NCBI GenBank assembly: GCA_035084275.1
Contig: CM068761.1
Location: forward strand, 434,001-498,000
Length of the DNA: 64,000 nt
Source: Hydrolagus colliei
Lineage: Eukaryota
Reading direction: 5' to 3'
Both the position numbers and the translations under genes were made by a program. Of the stretch, positions 63,123 to 64,000 are shown in pieces. Position 1 is the stretch's first letter. Each line of letters begins with the position of its first letter. The notes beneath the pieces were generated by a model that saw only the letters and a program-made list of their open reading frames with translations, searched no databases and was not told where the DNA came from.

Positions 63123-64000
63123 TGTTGCCTTGGCTACATCGTCAGTGGGTGAGCACCGTCAACCTCTCGAGGATTACCACTCTGTAGATGTCCTCCACAT
63201 ACACTTATATTACATTTGCATTGTTGGCAATTGAATTAAATGCTACACTTAATCCATCTCTGATATTAATCTGTCACTAAAACACTGGAAACGATACCAT
63301 CACAGTTAAAGAAAATCTTTCTTCTTCATACAAATTCTCACCTAGTTCTTAACGCTGCTGACAATCCAGCCCAGTGTGTAAACAGATAGCTTCTGCTGGC
63401 TATTGATCACTCAACAATACTCACATCAGTAGGAGTCTGGAGATGTGAGATAACTGGCAGGTGCTGTAATATATCCAGATAACTGAAAAACCTTTATCAA
63501 GCTTTCAATCATTTGCTGTTTACAGCAATCTATCCACGGTTACTATAAGATGGACCCAGAGAATAATTGCAGCAATCATTACTGAGAAATCAGAACTTGT
63601 GAAGGATGGGTATGTAAGGTCGTGGTGGAGAACGATACATGGAAAATGACACAGCACCAATTGCGAAGAGAAATTATTGTTCTAACTGTTTAAGTAATTA
63701 CTGGATTTAAGAATTTTCCTCCGCTTTAAGATAAAATGGTTTCTCAGGCTAAGACTGGGTGACATTTCAGGCCTCCATTTTATTTGAATATAAAATCAAG
63801 GCTCAAATAGATGCTGCACTGGTCAGTCTGTTGATTACACTATTTGATTAACGGTATCAAACTCTAAAGTAAAAGTAATTGAATCCTATGTTCTTGATTG
63901 AGATATGCAGGACAATTGGAGTATTTGGATGTTAGTTTTTTTAAAAAGAGCCTGATGAGGTACAATGTGGAAGGGGTTTGTAATTCTGGCTCCTGTTCCA

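Noticed and set aside
1-64000. CRISPR array, operon or other prokaryotic/viral system
   Set aside because: No regularly spaced repeat-spacer array and no gene-dense region; the sequence is vertebrate non-coding DNA.

Overview
A 64-kb non-coding, repeat-rich vertebrate window (large intron or gene desert). I found no protein-coding exon I can support; the ORF track is explained by chance, microsatellites or decayed LINE ORF2 pieces. The repeats are tRNA-headed SINEs and Deu-domain SINEs sharing an L2-type tail ending TGCAAGG(ATT)n, many L2 and CR1 fragments, a hAT MITE and other TIR elements. This mix points to a cartilaginous fish, most likely a holocephalan such as Callorhinchus (inference from remembered repeat families, not from a search). 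The most interesting structure is a 2.2-kb cluster (29.8-32.0 kb) of three short Penelope-like terminal-repeat derivatives carrying minimal hammerhead-ribozyme cores. Two are palindromic, and one sits between perfect 14-bp direct repeats. Also noted: several perfect hairpins, a recurrent unnamed TIR family, a CTCF-like site with an upstream module, a candidate non-coding/poison exon, and repeat-free blocks that may be conserved enhancers. Repeat boundaries are by eye and approximate unless stated as exact.
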